Sequence record: LT960552.1
Length of the DNA: 64,000 nt
Reading direction: 5' to 3' (one strand)
The notes beneath the pieces were generated by a model. That model saw only the letters and a program-made list of their open reading frames with translations. It did no database searches and was not told the origin of the DNA. A program made the translations under genes and the position numbers. How positions within the stretch are numbered: position 1 is the stretch's first letter; each line of letters starts with the position of its first letter. Positions 9,779-23,624 of the stretch are shown here, one piece after another.

Positions 9779-9831
9779 AAAAAATCTCCTTTGTCTAATT
9801 TGGTGCAGGTACTTATTGACCTGCTTAATGT

Positions 9832-9837
9832 TATTTA
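9832..9837 (-). promoter_or_regulatory. T4-type late promoter TAAATA
   Basis: TATTTA on the + strand upstream of the structural-like gene pair; a second copy is at 9899-9904. Confidence 0.55.
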
Positions 9838-9913
9838 TCAAATCTTTTGCGTTGATATTAATTACGCAATAAAACTTATCAAAATTCTTATATGCAAATA
9901 TTTATTTCTTTAA

Positions 9914-9942
9914 TGAAACCAACCCCAAAAATGTGGTATAAT
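9914..9942 (+). promoter_or_regulatory. TGRAAY-class extended -10 promoter
   Basis: TGAAAC-N17-TATAAT with TGTGG. Confidence 0.75.
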
Positions 9943-9954
9943 TGAAGAAAATTA

Positions 9955-11220
<1,266 letters not shown>

Positions 11221-11221
<1 letters not shown>

Positions 11222-11721
11222 TGGCTATTTTAAAAATATTAACTGACTATTCATTTATCGTAGAGACTGTATCTGGTGAAAAGATTGGAATATTGGTCAA
11301 TTATGATGAAGGAACTACTGAACGTACTGGAATTGAATTTTTTAATGCAGATGGTTCATTTAAACTTGATAGTATATCACAATTGCAGGATTTATTAGGT
11401 GAAGAATTCACTTATGCGGAAATAGAAGTAACTGATTCGACAAATACTTCAAAATCATTGGGTGATTATCCAATAAATGATACTGATACCATTACTGATA
11501 TATTATATGATGATCCATTGGGTATTGGAACTTTTAAAAAGAGTTCACGTTCTAAAAAACGATTTTATCCAGGTTGGTGGTTAGTTCGTAGTGAAAATGG
11601 AACATATTTGCCTAGATTAACCATTAGTGTAGACATTTATAATGAAAGAAATAATACCGAAGCATTATATGGTCCATTTAAAACATATATGGATGTAACT
11701 TACACATTAAAACAGTTATAA
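11221..11721 (+). CDS. Hypothetical protein
   Basis: Translationally coupled to rnh. Confidence 0.7.
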
Positions 11722-11729
11722 CGTTCATC

Positions 11730-11753
11730 AAGTACTACATTGTAGTACTTTTT
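11730..11753 (+). terminator. Terminator whose stem is built from two AGTACT sites
   Basis: AAGTACTAC-ATT-GTAGTACTT-TTT. Confidence 0.65.
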
Positions 11754-11764
11754 AAGGAAGATGT

Positions 11765-12322
11765 ATGAATAACATGATGGAATATATAAAATGTAAAAAT
11801 AGTATTTTTTATTTTATAGAAATTTATCTAAAACTAGAGCTTAGGGATTATCAAATTAAACAGATAATCAACTATATAGAAATGGAACAAGATGAAATAC
11901 TGAATATTACAGGAAATAGAGGTTCAGGAGTAACATTAATAAATTGTGTTTTCCTTTTATGGAATGTATTGTTTGGTATGAATGAAAAACATATAATGAT
12001 ATTAAATAAACAAGCCCTAATTTTTTATTCATTGGACAGCATATTTAAATTATATTCAATAGTAAAGTCTAATTGGCCTAATGGACAACATATAAATGAA
12101 ATATCACGTAACAATAGACATATCATATCATTTAATAATAACTGTGATATACAAGTTGGTGATTTAACTATGTTACATCAGATAAGATCTGGATTATCGA
12201 ATTATATTATATTTGATGATGTTGATATATCAAATCTATCAATAAAAACATTAAATTTATACAATAAAAAATATATAGTAACTGATACTTATGATGATAA
12301 TGATTATCTATTAGACGTATGA
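11765..12322 (+). CDS. Degenerate terminase-ATPase-like protein (TerL N-domain paralogue)
   Basis: CKNSIFYFIE, LRDYQ, GNRGSGVT (Walker A Lys lost), IISFNNNCDI and YIIFDDVD are collinear with the TerL ATPase motifs next door. Confidence 0.6.
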   Translation: MNNMMEYIKCKNSIFYFIEIYLKLELRDYQIKQIINYIEMEQDEILNITGNRGSGVTLINCVFLLWNVLFGMNEKHIMILNKQALIFYSLDSIFKLYSIVKSNWPNGQHINEISRNNRHIISFNNNCDIQVGDLTMLHQIRSGLSNYIIFDDVDISNLSIKTLNLYNKKYIVTDTYDDNDYLLDV

Positions 12323-12358
12323 GTATAATTTGAACTTAAAAATGAAATATATAAAAGC

Positions 12359-12364
12359 TAAATA
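12359..12364 (+). promoter_or_regulatory. T4-type late promoter TAAATA
   Basis: Intergenic, about 45 nt upstream of the terL ATG. Confidence 0.55.
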
Positions 12365-12382
12365 GTCTAGAAACCATATTAA

Positions 12383-15374
<2,992 letters not shown>

Positions 15375-15398
15375 GTCTCCTTTACTCATATAAATAAA

Positions 15399-15427
15399 TG
15401 GAACATTATATTAAAATATGGTATAAT
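15399..15427 (+). promoter_or_regulatory. TGRAAY-class extended -10 promoter (distal, for gp32)
   Basis: TGGAAC-N17-TATAAT; a TATAAATA is also present at about 15388-15395. Confidence 0.75.
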
Positions 15428-15486
15428 GTTAACAATTCGATAGCATTACATGTGTTATCAAATACGTCAGTCATGACGAAAAAATA

Positions 15487-15515
15487 TGAAACGTATCATG
15501 AAATTGTGGTATAAT
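15487..15515 (+). promoter_or_regulatory. TGRAAY-class extended -10 promoter (proximal, for gp32)
   Basis: TGAAAC-N17-TATAAT with TGTGG. Confidence 0.75.
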
Positions 15516-15596
15516 ATGAGTGTCAGAAGCAGGAAGCTACTGACACAATAAGCAAATAAACTAAGTAACAAAGAAACAAATGATAAGGAAATCAAA

Positions 15597-16649
15597 ATGG
15601 CAACATTAGCAGAAATTCGTGCTTTATTAAAAGCAGAACAAGACAAAGCAGAAGCAATCAAAAGTGGTACATTCTCAGGTGGTAATGGTCAACCGGATGC
15701 GTTTTTGGCATTCTGGAACATTCCAGAGAATCAAGATCTAAATCTACGTTTTCTACCAGATTTAGATATTAATAACCCTTACTTTTGGCGTGAACGTGAG
15801 ATGATTAATCTTGAGTTCAACGGAATTGTTGGTGGTCACACCGATAAAGTTAAGTTACAAGTACCTTGTAATGAAATGTGGGTTCCTAACTCTTGTCCTA
15901 TTCTAGCTGAAATTCGTCAGTGGTATAAAGCTGCAAACGAAACAGGTAACGAAGATCTAAAGAAACAAGCATCTAAGTACTGGAAAAAGAAATCTTATCT
16001 ATTCCAATGTTTAGTTGCACCAGGTTCTGTTGAAGTGAAAGACGACAATGCACCTGAAAATCCAATCCGTCGCGTTCTAGTGAACAAAGATTTGTTTGAA
16101 AAGATCAAATCAATTCTAATGAATCCAGACGTTGCTGAACTTCCAACTCATTATGATCATGGGCGTGACTTCCGTGTAATTAAGAGTAAAAATGCTGGTG
16201 GTTATAACAACTACGATGCATCACAGTTCAAATTCTCTGAGCGTCCACTAAATGGTGATGAACTTGCTGCGATTGAACAGTATGGCTTATTTGATCTAAG
16301 TGAATTTATGCCAAAACAACCAACACCAGAAGAATTAAATGCAATCCGTGAGATGTTTGAAGCATCTGCAAATGGTGAAGCATATGATCCTGCACGTTGG
16401 GCTGCTTATTATCGTCCAGCGGGTGTTCAAAAACCAGCAAATACTGGTTCATCTAATACTGCTGAAAGCACAACTACATCAGCTAAACCTACACAAACTG
16501 TAACTGCTCCAGTACAAACTACTGTAACAGAAACTGTAGTTGCTCAAGAAGCACCAGTTCAAGAGGCTGTAACAACAGCACCAACTGAGAGTAAGCAAAA
16601 ACTTTCTCCAGCAGAACTAGTAGCTAAACTAAAAGCTAAAGGTGGCTAA
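15597..16649 (+). CDS. gp32: Single-stranded DNA-binding protein (T4 gp32-like)
   Basis: FWNI...LRFLP...CPIL...YWKKKSYLFQ...DFRVIK...YNNYDASQF; heads the uvsX-uvsY-uvsW cluster. Confidence 0.85.
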   Translation: MATLAEIRALLKAEQDKAEAIKSGTFSGGNGQPDAFLAFWNIPENQDLNLRFLPDLDINNPYFWREREMINLEFNGIVGGHTDKVKLQVPCNEMWVPNSCPILAEIRQWYKAANETGNEDLKKQASKYWKKKSYLFQCLVAPGSVEVKDDNAPENPIRRVLVNKDLFEKIKSILMNPDVAELPTHYDHGRDFRVIKSKNAGGYNNYDASQFKFSERPLNGDELAAIEQYGLFDLSEFMPKQPTPEELNAIREMFEASANGEAYDPARWAAYYRPAGVQKPANTGSSNTAESTTTSAKPTQTVTAPVQTTVTETVVAQEAPVQEAVTTAPTESKQKLSPAELVAKLKAKGG

Positions 16650-16668
16650 TTAAAGTTGTAAAAAGAAT

Positions 16669-16696
16669 AATGGGGCTAAGGAACAGCCCCATTTCA
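16669..16696 (+). terminator. Intrinsic terminator
   Basis: AATGGGGCT-N7-AGCCCCATT followed by TCATTT. Confidence 0.6.
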
Positions 16697-16713
16697 TTTC
16701 ATGGAGAGATTAT

Positions 16714-17850
16714 ATGAAAAATATTTCTGCGGCATTCAGCAGCATTATAAAAAATAGTACAGCATCAGTTAAGAAAAATTCTGGTGTAAGTATGGGATTT
16801 CATGATCCAGACACTTGGATTAGTACTGGAAATCTAGCATTGAACTATCGCATCAGTGGTGATTTTAACAAAGGCATTCCCCTTGGTAAAGTAACTATGT
16901 TCGCTGGTGAATCTGGTTCAGGTAAATCATTCATCGTATCTGGTAACATTATTCGCGAAGCACAGAAACAAGGTATCTATGTAGTCTTGATTGACTCTGA
17001 AAATGCTCTTGATTCAGATTGGCTAGCCGCTCTTGGTGTAGATACATCTGATGAAAAATTACTTAAAATGAATATGGGTATGATTGGCGATGTTGCTAAA
17101 TTTACTTATGAATTCATTGAAGGTTATAGAAAAGAATATGAAAATGTACCACGTGAAGAACGTCAGAAAGTACTATTTGTTATAGATAGTATTGGTATGT
17201 TGAATACTGAAATTGCAAATGCACAGATGAAAGATGGTAATCTTAAAGGTGATATGGGTCATAAGCCTAAACAACTTAAAGCATTCATTACTAATTGTGT
17301 TAACAGTATCGGTGCATTAAATATGGGTATGGTTTGTGTAAATCACTCATATGAAAGCCAAGACATGTTCAGTCCAGACCCTAAAATAAGTGGTGGTTCT
17401 GGTTTAGTTTATGCTAGTAGTATTGTAGTTGCTATGGGTAAACTTAAATTAAAAGAAGATGAAGATGGTAACAAAACAACTGATGTAAATGGTATTCGTG
17501 CTAAATGTAAAGTTATGAAGACACGTTATAATAAACCATTTGAAGACGTTGAAATAAAAATTCCTTGGAATGAAGGTATGAATCCACGAAGTGGATTACT
17601 TGATATGTTTGAAAAATATGGTTTGATTACTAAATCAGGAAATCGACTACTTTATGTAGATATTGATACTGGTGAACAAATATTGCAATATCGCAAAGAT
17701 TGGGTATTGAATACTAATTCCTGTTTAGATTTAGTAATGGGACAATTTAAACGTCATCCATTAATTTCACATGTCACTGAAGAAGAAAAAGGTGATGAAG
17801 AATTTGGTACTGATGTTGATTTACCAACTGATGAGGTTAATGAGGGTTAA
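16714..17850 (+). CDS. uvsX: RecA/UvsX recombinase
   Basis: WISTG, GESGSGKS, IDSENA, VIDSIG and ISGGSG motifs. Confidence 0.95.
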   Translation: MKNISAAFSSIIKNSTASVKKNSGVSMGFHDPDTWISTGNLALNYRISGDFNKGIPLGKVTMFAGESGSGKSFIVSGNIIREAQKQGIYVVLIDSENALDSDWLAALGVDTSDEKLLKMNMGMIGDVAKFTYEFIEGYRKEYENVPREERQKVLFVIDSIGMLNTEIANAQMKDGNLKGDMGHKPKQLKAFITNCVNSIGALNMGMVCVNHSYESQDMFSPDPKISGGSGLVYASSIVVAMGKLKLKEDEDGNKTTDVNGIRAKCKVMKTRYNKPFEDVEIKIPWNEGMNPRSGLLDMFEKYGLITKSGNRLLYVDIDTGEQILQYRKDWVLNTNSCLDLVMGQFKRHPLISHVTEEEKGDEEFGTDVDLPTDEVNEG

Positions 17851-17852
17851 TT

Positions 17853-18317
17853 ATGGCAAAGGCATGGCATTGGATTATAAAAGACGATAAAACAAAAATC
17901 ATAGATATGGTTGAGTTTTTTGAAAATGAGCTAGAAGATGCAAGACGTGAAATTAAACAAATTGGTCTTATTGAAACTATAGCTCAACGATTGCCAGCCT
18001 ACCATGAACAGCGATTCAGCCAACTTCAACAAGTAGAAACAGTTCTCGAAATTTTAGAAATTGAAATGAGACAGCTTGAATCTGAAAAGTTTAAACATTT
18101 ATTAGAACATTACAAACGTGCTCTAACAAGTTCAGACTGTAAGAAATATGTTGATGGCGATCCAGAAGTGGTAGCGTTGTCACAATTGATAGCTGATGTT
18201 TCATATATTAGGAATCAGTTGGCAGGTGTTGTGAAATCACTAGAAATGAAAGCATTCCAGATTAATAATATAGTACGTTTACGTGCTGCTGGGATTGAAG
18301 ATGCAAGAATAGATTAA
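17853..18317 (+). CDS. uvsY: UvsY-like recombination mediator
   Basis: Helical 154-aa protein with KYVDGDPEV and C-terminal FQINNIVRLRAAG; directly after uvsX. Confidence 0.75.
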   Translation: MAKAWHWIIKDDKTKIIDMVEFFENELEDARREIKQIGLIETIAQRLPAYHEQRFSQLQQVETVLEILEIEMRQLESEKFKHLLEHYKRALTSSDCKKYVDGDPEVVALSQLIADVSYIRNQLAGVVKSLEMKAFQINNIVRLRAAGIEDARID

Positions 18318-18320
18318 TTT

Positions 18321-18345
18321 AAGGACGCTAATAGCGTCCTTTTTG
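18321..18345 (+). terminator. Intrinsic terminator (AAGGACGC family)
   Basis: AAGGACGCTA-A-TAGCGTCCTT followed by a T run. Confidence 0.75.
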
Positions 18346-18361
18346 TTTTTTGAGAGAATAT

Positions 18362-19201
18362 ATGACAGAACTTGATAAATTTTTTAATAATGTTATGGTT
18401 CTAGACACTGAAACTACTGGTGTTGATGATGAATCTGATATTATTGAGTTTAGTAGCTCATTTCCAGAAGGAAGTAATGATTCTTTTGATGGAATGATGA
18501 ATTTTACTACTAGATTCAAACCAACACATGATGTTCCACCTGATGCGTCAGCAGTACATTTTATTACAACTGAAGATTTGATAAATGAACAGACCTATTC
18601 AGTTGGACATTATGATTTTTACCCATTATTCAAACTAAAACAGTACTTTGTAGGACATAATGTGCAGTTTGATCGAAGAATGCTTCGTAAAAATCATGAA
18701 CGTATGTTTGATGACGAATTTCCAGAATTTGAGGATGACAATAGTTGGATTTGTACGTTAAAATTAGCTAAAAAATTATTTGCAGAAGACCCTGAGTTTA
18801 AAAACTTAACTTTAAGCTATTTGTGGTTCAAATTTGAGTTGTATAAAACATGTACACGTAAAATTGTACCACATAGTGCTGAAGATGATGTATATATGTG
18901 TTATAAAGTACTTTCTCATTTAGTAAATATTGCTATTGAACGTGGGTTGGTTGATACCAATAAGGAAATTGGACGACAACTGGTTAAATTATGCAATACT
19001 CCAACTTTATTCACCGTAATGACTATTGGTAAGCATAAAGGTATGTTACTTGATGAAGTACCAATGAATTATTTAAAATGGATGATTTTGAACATGGATA
19101 TTGTAAATCCAGACATGCCTAACTATGATGCTGACTTAGCATATACAGTTGAAGTCGAGATTACTCGTCGCATTGATGCTGGATTGGTGGATTTTAGTTA
19201 A
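18362..19201 (+). CDS. DEDDh 3'-5' exonuclease (ExoX/DnaQ-like) with a small C-terminal domain
   Basis: VLDTETTG, VGHNVQFD, HSAEDD; C-terminal IGKHKG...VPMNYLKW. Confidence 0.88.
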   Translation: MTELDKFFNNVMVLDTETTGVDDESDIIEFSSSFPEGSNDSFDGMMNFTTRFKPTHDVPPDASAVHFITTEDLINEQTYSVGHYDFYPLFKLKQYFVGHNVQFDRRMLRKNHERMFDDEFPEFEDDNSWICTLKLAKKLFAEDPEFKNLTLSYLWFKFELYKTCTRKIVPHSAEDDVYMCYKVLSHLVNIAIERGLVDTNKEIGRQLVKLCNTPTLFTVMTIGKHKGMLLDEVPMNYLKWMILNMDIVNPDMPNYDADLAYTVEVEITRRIDAGLVDFS

Positions 19202-19233
19202 ACCACATTAAACATAAAAAAAAGGACTCAAGG

Positions 19234-20718
19234 ATGAGTGGAATTTGTAAGTTAATACTTCAGGATGAAGTAAATTGTAAATTTGAGGGACTTGCCCCTA
19301 ATATTAGGCAAGAAATGATTCGTAAAGTATCATTTGTATTACCTTATGCTAAATTTACTCCTGCTGGAAAAATGGGCAGATGGGACGGTAAAGTTAATTT
19401 TATGAATATAGGTGGAAGCACTTATTATCATATGTTAGATCAACTTTTACCAATTCTTGAAAAGCATAATATAATGATTGAAATTGATGATCAACGTATT
19501 ACACATGATTTTGAGTTTGAGCCAATTGATGAAAATATTTTTGATTATGTAGAATTCCCTTCTGGACATCATATGGAAGGACAAAAAATTATTTTACGTG
19601 AACATCAAGTAAATGCAGTAAATTCATGTCTTGAAAATAGACATGGACTGCTATTAGCAAGTACAAGTTCAGGTAAAACATTAATTACTGCTGCAATGTC
19701 TAAAAGTGTTGAAAAATATGGTAGAAGTATTGTAATTGTTCCTAATAAAGATTTAGTACAACAAACTTACAATGATTATGTAATGGTCGGTTTAGATGCG
19801 GGTGTATTTTATGGTGATAAAAAAGAATTAAACCATCAACATACTATCACCACATGGCAATCGTTAAACTCTTTATGGAAAAAAACAAAAAAAGGTGAAA
19901 TTGCATTAACTGAACAAGATATTAGTGATTTTATCAATGGTGTAGTTGCTGTTGTAGTTGATGAAGCACATACTAGTGCGGCAGAAGCCTTACATGCAGT
20001 ACTAGGACAAGTAATGAAAAATATTCCATTACGTTGGGGATTAACTGGTACTATTCCTAAAGATCCAGTACTTGCAGCGAAAATAAAATGTAATGTTGGT
20101 GAAATTATATATACTATATCAGCAAAAGAGTTGCAAGATAAACAAATTCTTAGTACTTGTAATGTAAATTGCATTAGATTGAAAAGCTCTTTAAAATTTG
20201 GTAATTATCAAGAAGAATTAAAATATCTAGTAACTGACAAAACTAGAATGAAGTATATTGCATCAATAATTGCAGCTATTGCAGAATCTGGTAATACCTT
20301 AGTATTAGTTGATAGATTGGAAGCTGGTGAGTTATTGTGTGAATTCTTAGGTCTACCAACATCAGAATTCGTTAGAGGTGACACTAAGAAGAAAGATCGT
20401 GAAGCATCATATGGTGAAATTCGCTGGGCTGATAATAAAATACTTATTGCAACATATGGTGTGGCTAGTACTGGTATTAGTATTAGTCGTTTATATAATG
20501 TAGTACTTTTAGAACCTGGTAAAAGTTTTGTAAGAACTATTCAGAGTATAGGCCGTGGACTTCGACGTGCAGAAGACAAAGATCACGTAGAGATTTATGA
20601 CATTTCAGGTTTCAATAAGTTTAGTGCTAAGCATTCTCGTGAAAGAATGACGTACTATAAAGAAGTACAATATCCATATCACGAAATGATTGTGGAAAAT
20701 TGGGAAAATATGGAATGA
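19234..20718 (+). CDS. uvsW: UvsW-like SF2 DNA helicase
   Basis: LREHQ, STSSGKT, VDEAH, GLTGT and QSIGRGLR. Confidence 0.93.
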   Translation: MSGICKLILQDEVNCKFEGLAPNIRQEMIRKVSFVLPYAKFTPAGKMGRWDGKVNFMNIGGSTYYHMLDQLLPILEKHNIMIEIDDQRITHDFEFEPIDENIFDYVEFPSGHHMEGQKIILREHQVNAVNSCLENRHGLLLASTSSGKTLITAAMSKSVEKYGRSIVIVPNKDLVQQTYNDYVMVGLDAGVFYGDKKELNHQHTITTWQSLNSLWKKTKKGEIALTEQDISDFINGVVAVVVDEAHTSAAEALHAVLGQVMKNIPLRWGLTGTIPKDPVLAAKIKCNVGEIIYTISAKELQDKQILSTCNVNCIRLKSSLKFGNYQEELKYLVTDKTRMKYIASIIAAIAESGNTLVLVDRLEAGELLCEFLGLPTSEFVRGDTKKKDREASYGEIRWADNKILIATYGVASTGISISRLYNVVLLEPGKSFVRTIQSIGRGLRRAEDKDHVEIYDISGFNKFSAKHSRERMTYYKEVQYPYHEMIVENWENME

Positions 20719-20739
20719 AAAGATTTTTTATGATATAAT
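20711..20739 (+). promoter_or_regulatory. TGRAAY-class extended -10 promoter
   Basis: TGGAAT-N17-TATAAT with TGA. Confidence 0.65.
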
Positions 20740-20772
20740 ATAGACATAACAAAATAAAAAGGATATTTTGAA

Positions 20773-21213
20773 ATGGAACTTCGTTCGAGTATCGCATTCA
20801 TAGGCGATTCAGAAATTATAGAAAATATTGATTCAATCATTAATGAAGAATCAATAATCGATGACATGGTGTTTTCGATAGATTTCATTCCTGAGCTTGA
20901 AACTAACGATACATATGTTTACCGTTGTACAACTGATGGTGACTCGTGGGTTAATATCTACGATATAAAAACTAGACTTGATGACAAGCTTGGTCAAGAA
21001 GGAAAATACGACATAATTTATGCAAGTACTGATGGATCAAGTTATATTGATGTAATCAGTCACACTGGTAATTTTGATGCGTATTTAGATACTGACTTTG
21101 ATAAAATTCAGGAACTGTGTGAAACTTATGGATTGGAGTTCTACGGAATCAGTGATGATGATGAAGATTATTATCAAGATGCTGATGAAGATGACAACGA
21201 CAATTATTATTGA
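20773..21213 (+). CDS. Highly acidic hypothetical protein
   Basis: Asp/Glu-rich with a C-terminal acidic tail; AAGGA RBS. Confidence 0.7.
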   Translation: MELRSSIAFIGDSEIIENIDSIINEESIIDDMVFSIDFIPELETNDTYVYRCTTDGDSWVNIYDIKTRLDDKLGQEGKYDIIYASTDGSSYIDVISHTGNFDAYLDTDFDKIQELCETYGLEFYGISDDDEDYYQDADEDDNDNYY

Positions 21214-21222
21214 GGAAAGCAC

Positions 21223-21726
21223 ATGAATATATTAACCCCTGAAAACTATGCATTTGAAATGGATCAAGTAACTGATACTATCCCTGAAGAAATGTATTGT
21301 GTATTAGACTTAAGTACTGTTGAAGATGCTGATTATTATTTTAAACACATTTTAAATACTGTATCGTTTAATAGTATCAGTGCGGATTTACAAATTGGAA
21401 ACCATGTTGTTCAAGTACCATTGGGCTGGCAAATTTTGTTAGGTGATGAAGATACTGGAATGATGGAAATGTGTACAATTGAAAATATTTTGAATATGAA
21501 AGACCCTAGAGCGTTTGTATATAACCCTATTAGGTCTATGTATCCAAAATACGAACAGGTTAAAGTACTAAGAGTATTCACTTTAACTACTAAATGGCAG
21601 ATACCAATGCTACCAAAGAAAAATCTATTAGTAGTACCACTACATAATGGTATAAATCCACCGTGTGTGTACTTTGCTGATGAAAATGAAAAAATTCAAG
21701 ATCTATTTTTAGGAATTGGCGAATAA
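21223..21726 (+). CDS. Conserved hypothetical protein
   Basis: GAGG RBS; beta-rich 167-aa ORF. Confidence 0.7.
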   Translation: MNILTPENYAFEMDQVTDTIPEEMYCVLDLSTVEDADYYFKHILNTVSFNSISADLQIGNHVVQVPLGWQILLGDEDTGMMEMCTIENILNMKDPRAFVYNPIRSMYPKYEQVKVLRVFTLTTKWQIPMLPKKNLLVVPLHNGINPPCVYFADENEKIQDLFLGIGE

Positions 21727-22574
21727 TGTTTGATTTTACTGGTTTACCTACTTCCTCTTTGGAGGAAGAAGAAGTTACTACATCTCAAATCAAGTTAGAT
21801 ATGAATCTATTGCTTGAAAAAATTGATATGGCAGATTATGGATATTACGATTCACTTAGTGATAAAGAAAAGAAACATTTTCAACCTTATATTGTGTTAC
21901 GTTGGGCGAGTTCATTAGATGATTCCGTACAAGTAACATATACTGCAAAAAAAATTGAAAATGTATTCAGTAAATGGTCTGCTGGCGGGAAAGATGCGTT
22001 GAATGAGTTAAAAGACGAATTCAACAATTCGGGTTCTGGTACATGTATATCAGTAGCAAAGTATGAACATGCTAAGTATGATTGGAGAATTAAATTTGCG
22101 GTTAAAGATATTGAAAGTGCAAAATCTATTATTGAATATATGAAAGAATTTGGAATTACTGGACATGAGATTATATCATTAATTGATAGTACTACAATTA
22201 AGAATCATCTTATCATTCTTAATGAGATGGTAAATCAGAATTTTTGGGAAATGAAAAATCATCCTGAATTAGTATATCAACTTATGTGTTCAGTATCTGA
22301 GATGATTGGACCACAAAAACGTGCTCATAATTGGATATCACATTGCAAAGGTTTAAAGAACGTTGACAAAATGATATTTGATATTATAAAATTAACCCAA
22401 CCAGAAACTATTGCTGTTCAAATGAATGAAGCTGAATATAAAATTTTATTAAATTCATACACAAAAGAAACATTTGAAGATTTAATAAAAGAATTAGGTA
22501 CTGGTGAATCAGAAATGAAAACATTATTGAAACATTTCAAAGCTGAAAAAGAAAAATATGGCAAAAACAACTAA
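21726..22574 (+). CDS. Possible clamp-loader small subunit (gp62-like) with an internal insertion
   Basis: N-part (KKHFQPYIVLRWASS) and C-part (LNEMVNQNFW...HPELVYQLM...RAHNWIS) resemble the gp62 pattern; weak. Confidence 0.4.
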   Translation: MFDFTGLPTSSLEEEEVTTSQIKLDMNLLLEKIDMADYGYYDSLSDKEKKHFQPYIVLRWASSLDDSVQVTYTAKKIENVFSKWSAGGKDALNELKDEFNNSGSGTCISVAKYEHAKYDWRIKFAVKDIESAKSIIEYMKEFGITGHEIISLIDSTTIKNHLIILNEMVNQNFWEMKNHPELVYQLMCSVSEMIGPQKRAHNWISHCKGLKNVDKMIFDIIKLTQPETIAVQMNEAEYKILLNSYTKETFEDLIKELGTGESEMKTLLKHFKAEKEKYGKNN

Positions 22575-23277
22575 AGGGGCTGCAAAAGCCCCTATTTTTA
22601 AATGTAGGTTTTGTGATAAAGAATTCAAACGTGAAAGTACATTAATAACTCATGTTTGCATTAAACGTGATCGATATAATGATCGTGAATCAAGACCAAT
22701 GCGTGAAGCATATCGTTTATATATGATGTTTATGGAAGCTCATAGACTAGCAATGAAAAAGTCAGAAGAACCACTGATGCAATTTATCAAATCTAGATAT
22801 TTTAATGATTTCTTTGATTTTGGTCAATATATTTTATCACATGATATTCTAAATAAAGAACAATTCATTAAGTACATTTTAACTAGTGGGAAACCCGTAT
22901 TTGAATGGAAATCTCATAAAGTACTTGAAGAATGGGTTATAAAATGTATTAGAGAAGAACACCCTCGTAGAGCAATAGAACGTTCTATCAATGCGTTGGT
23001 AGAATGGGGTAATGTTACAGATAACGATTGGGTTGATTTTTTTGATAATGTAAGTACTGAACGAGCAATTATGTGGTTAGAAACAGGTAAAATTTCTCCG
23101 TGGTTAATATATATTGCAGATCCAGCTAGTGGAAACAAATTGTTAAATCGGTTTGGTGATTCAGATTTAGATTATCTTGTTCGTTTTATTGACCCAACAT
23201 ACTTTAAAATACTTCAAATACGTTATAGTGATGAAGTAAATGAAATACGAAGTTTATTAACAGAGGCTGGGCTATGA
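22558..23277 (+). CDS. Hypothetical protein with an N-terminal C2HC zinc finger
   Basis: FKCRFCDKEFKRESTLITHVC. Confidence 0.7.
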   Translation: MAKTTKGAAKAPIFKCRFCDKEFKRESTLITHVCIKRDRYNDRESRPMREAYRLYMMFMEAHRLAMKKSEEPLMQFIKSRYFNDFFDFGQYILSHDILNKEQFIKYILTSGKPVFEWKSHKVLEEWVIKCIREEHPRRAIERSINALVEWGNVTDNDWVDFFDNVSTERAIMWLETGKISPWLIYIADPASGNKLLNRFGDSDLDYLVRFIDPTYFKILQIRYSDEVNEIRSLLTEAGL

Positions 23278-23624
23278 AAAGTAAAATATACAGTGAACAA
23301 GAATTAACTACAGAAGAATTAGCTAAAAAAGAAGAATTGAAAGAAGATAGCAAACAACTATCAATTTTAAGACAAGGTTCTGTAACAGAAATTACAATGA
23401 GCGGGAAAACGTTTCAGGTTTCCGACCCTAAACGAATTGAACATGCAATTATAATTTTAGAACGACATGAAGAAGTCCTATTTACGTTAAGGCAACGTAT
23501 CAAAGAACAAACTCAATCTATTAATATTTTGCTAAATGAAATTGAGAAATTGAAATCTGATGTTCAGAGATTGAAAGAGGAAAGTAATAATGGATTTGGA
23601 TCACAAGAGTACACAAACTATTAA
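23274..23624 (+). CDS. Coiled-coil hypothetical protein
   Basis: ATGA overlap with the upstream stop; heptad-rich C-terminus. Confidence 0.65.
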   Translation: MKSKIYSEQELTTEELAKKEELKEDSKQLSILRQGSVTEITMSGKTFQVSDPKRIEHAIIILERHEEVLFTLRQRIKEQTQSINILLNEIEKLKSDVQRLKEESNNGFGSQEYTNY

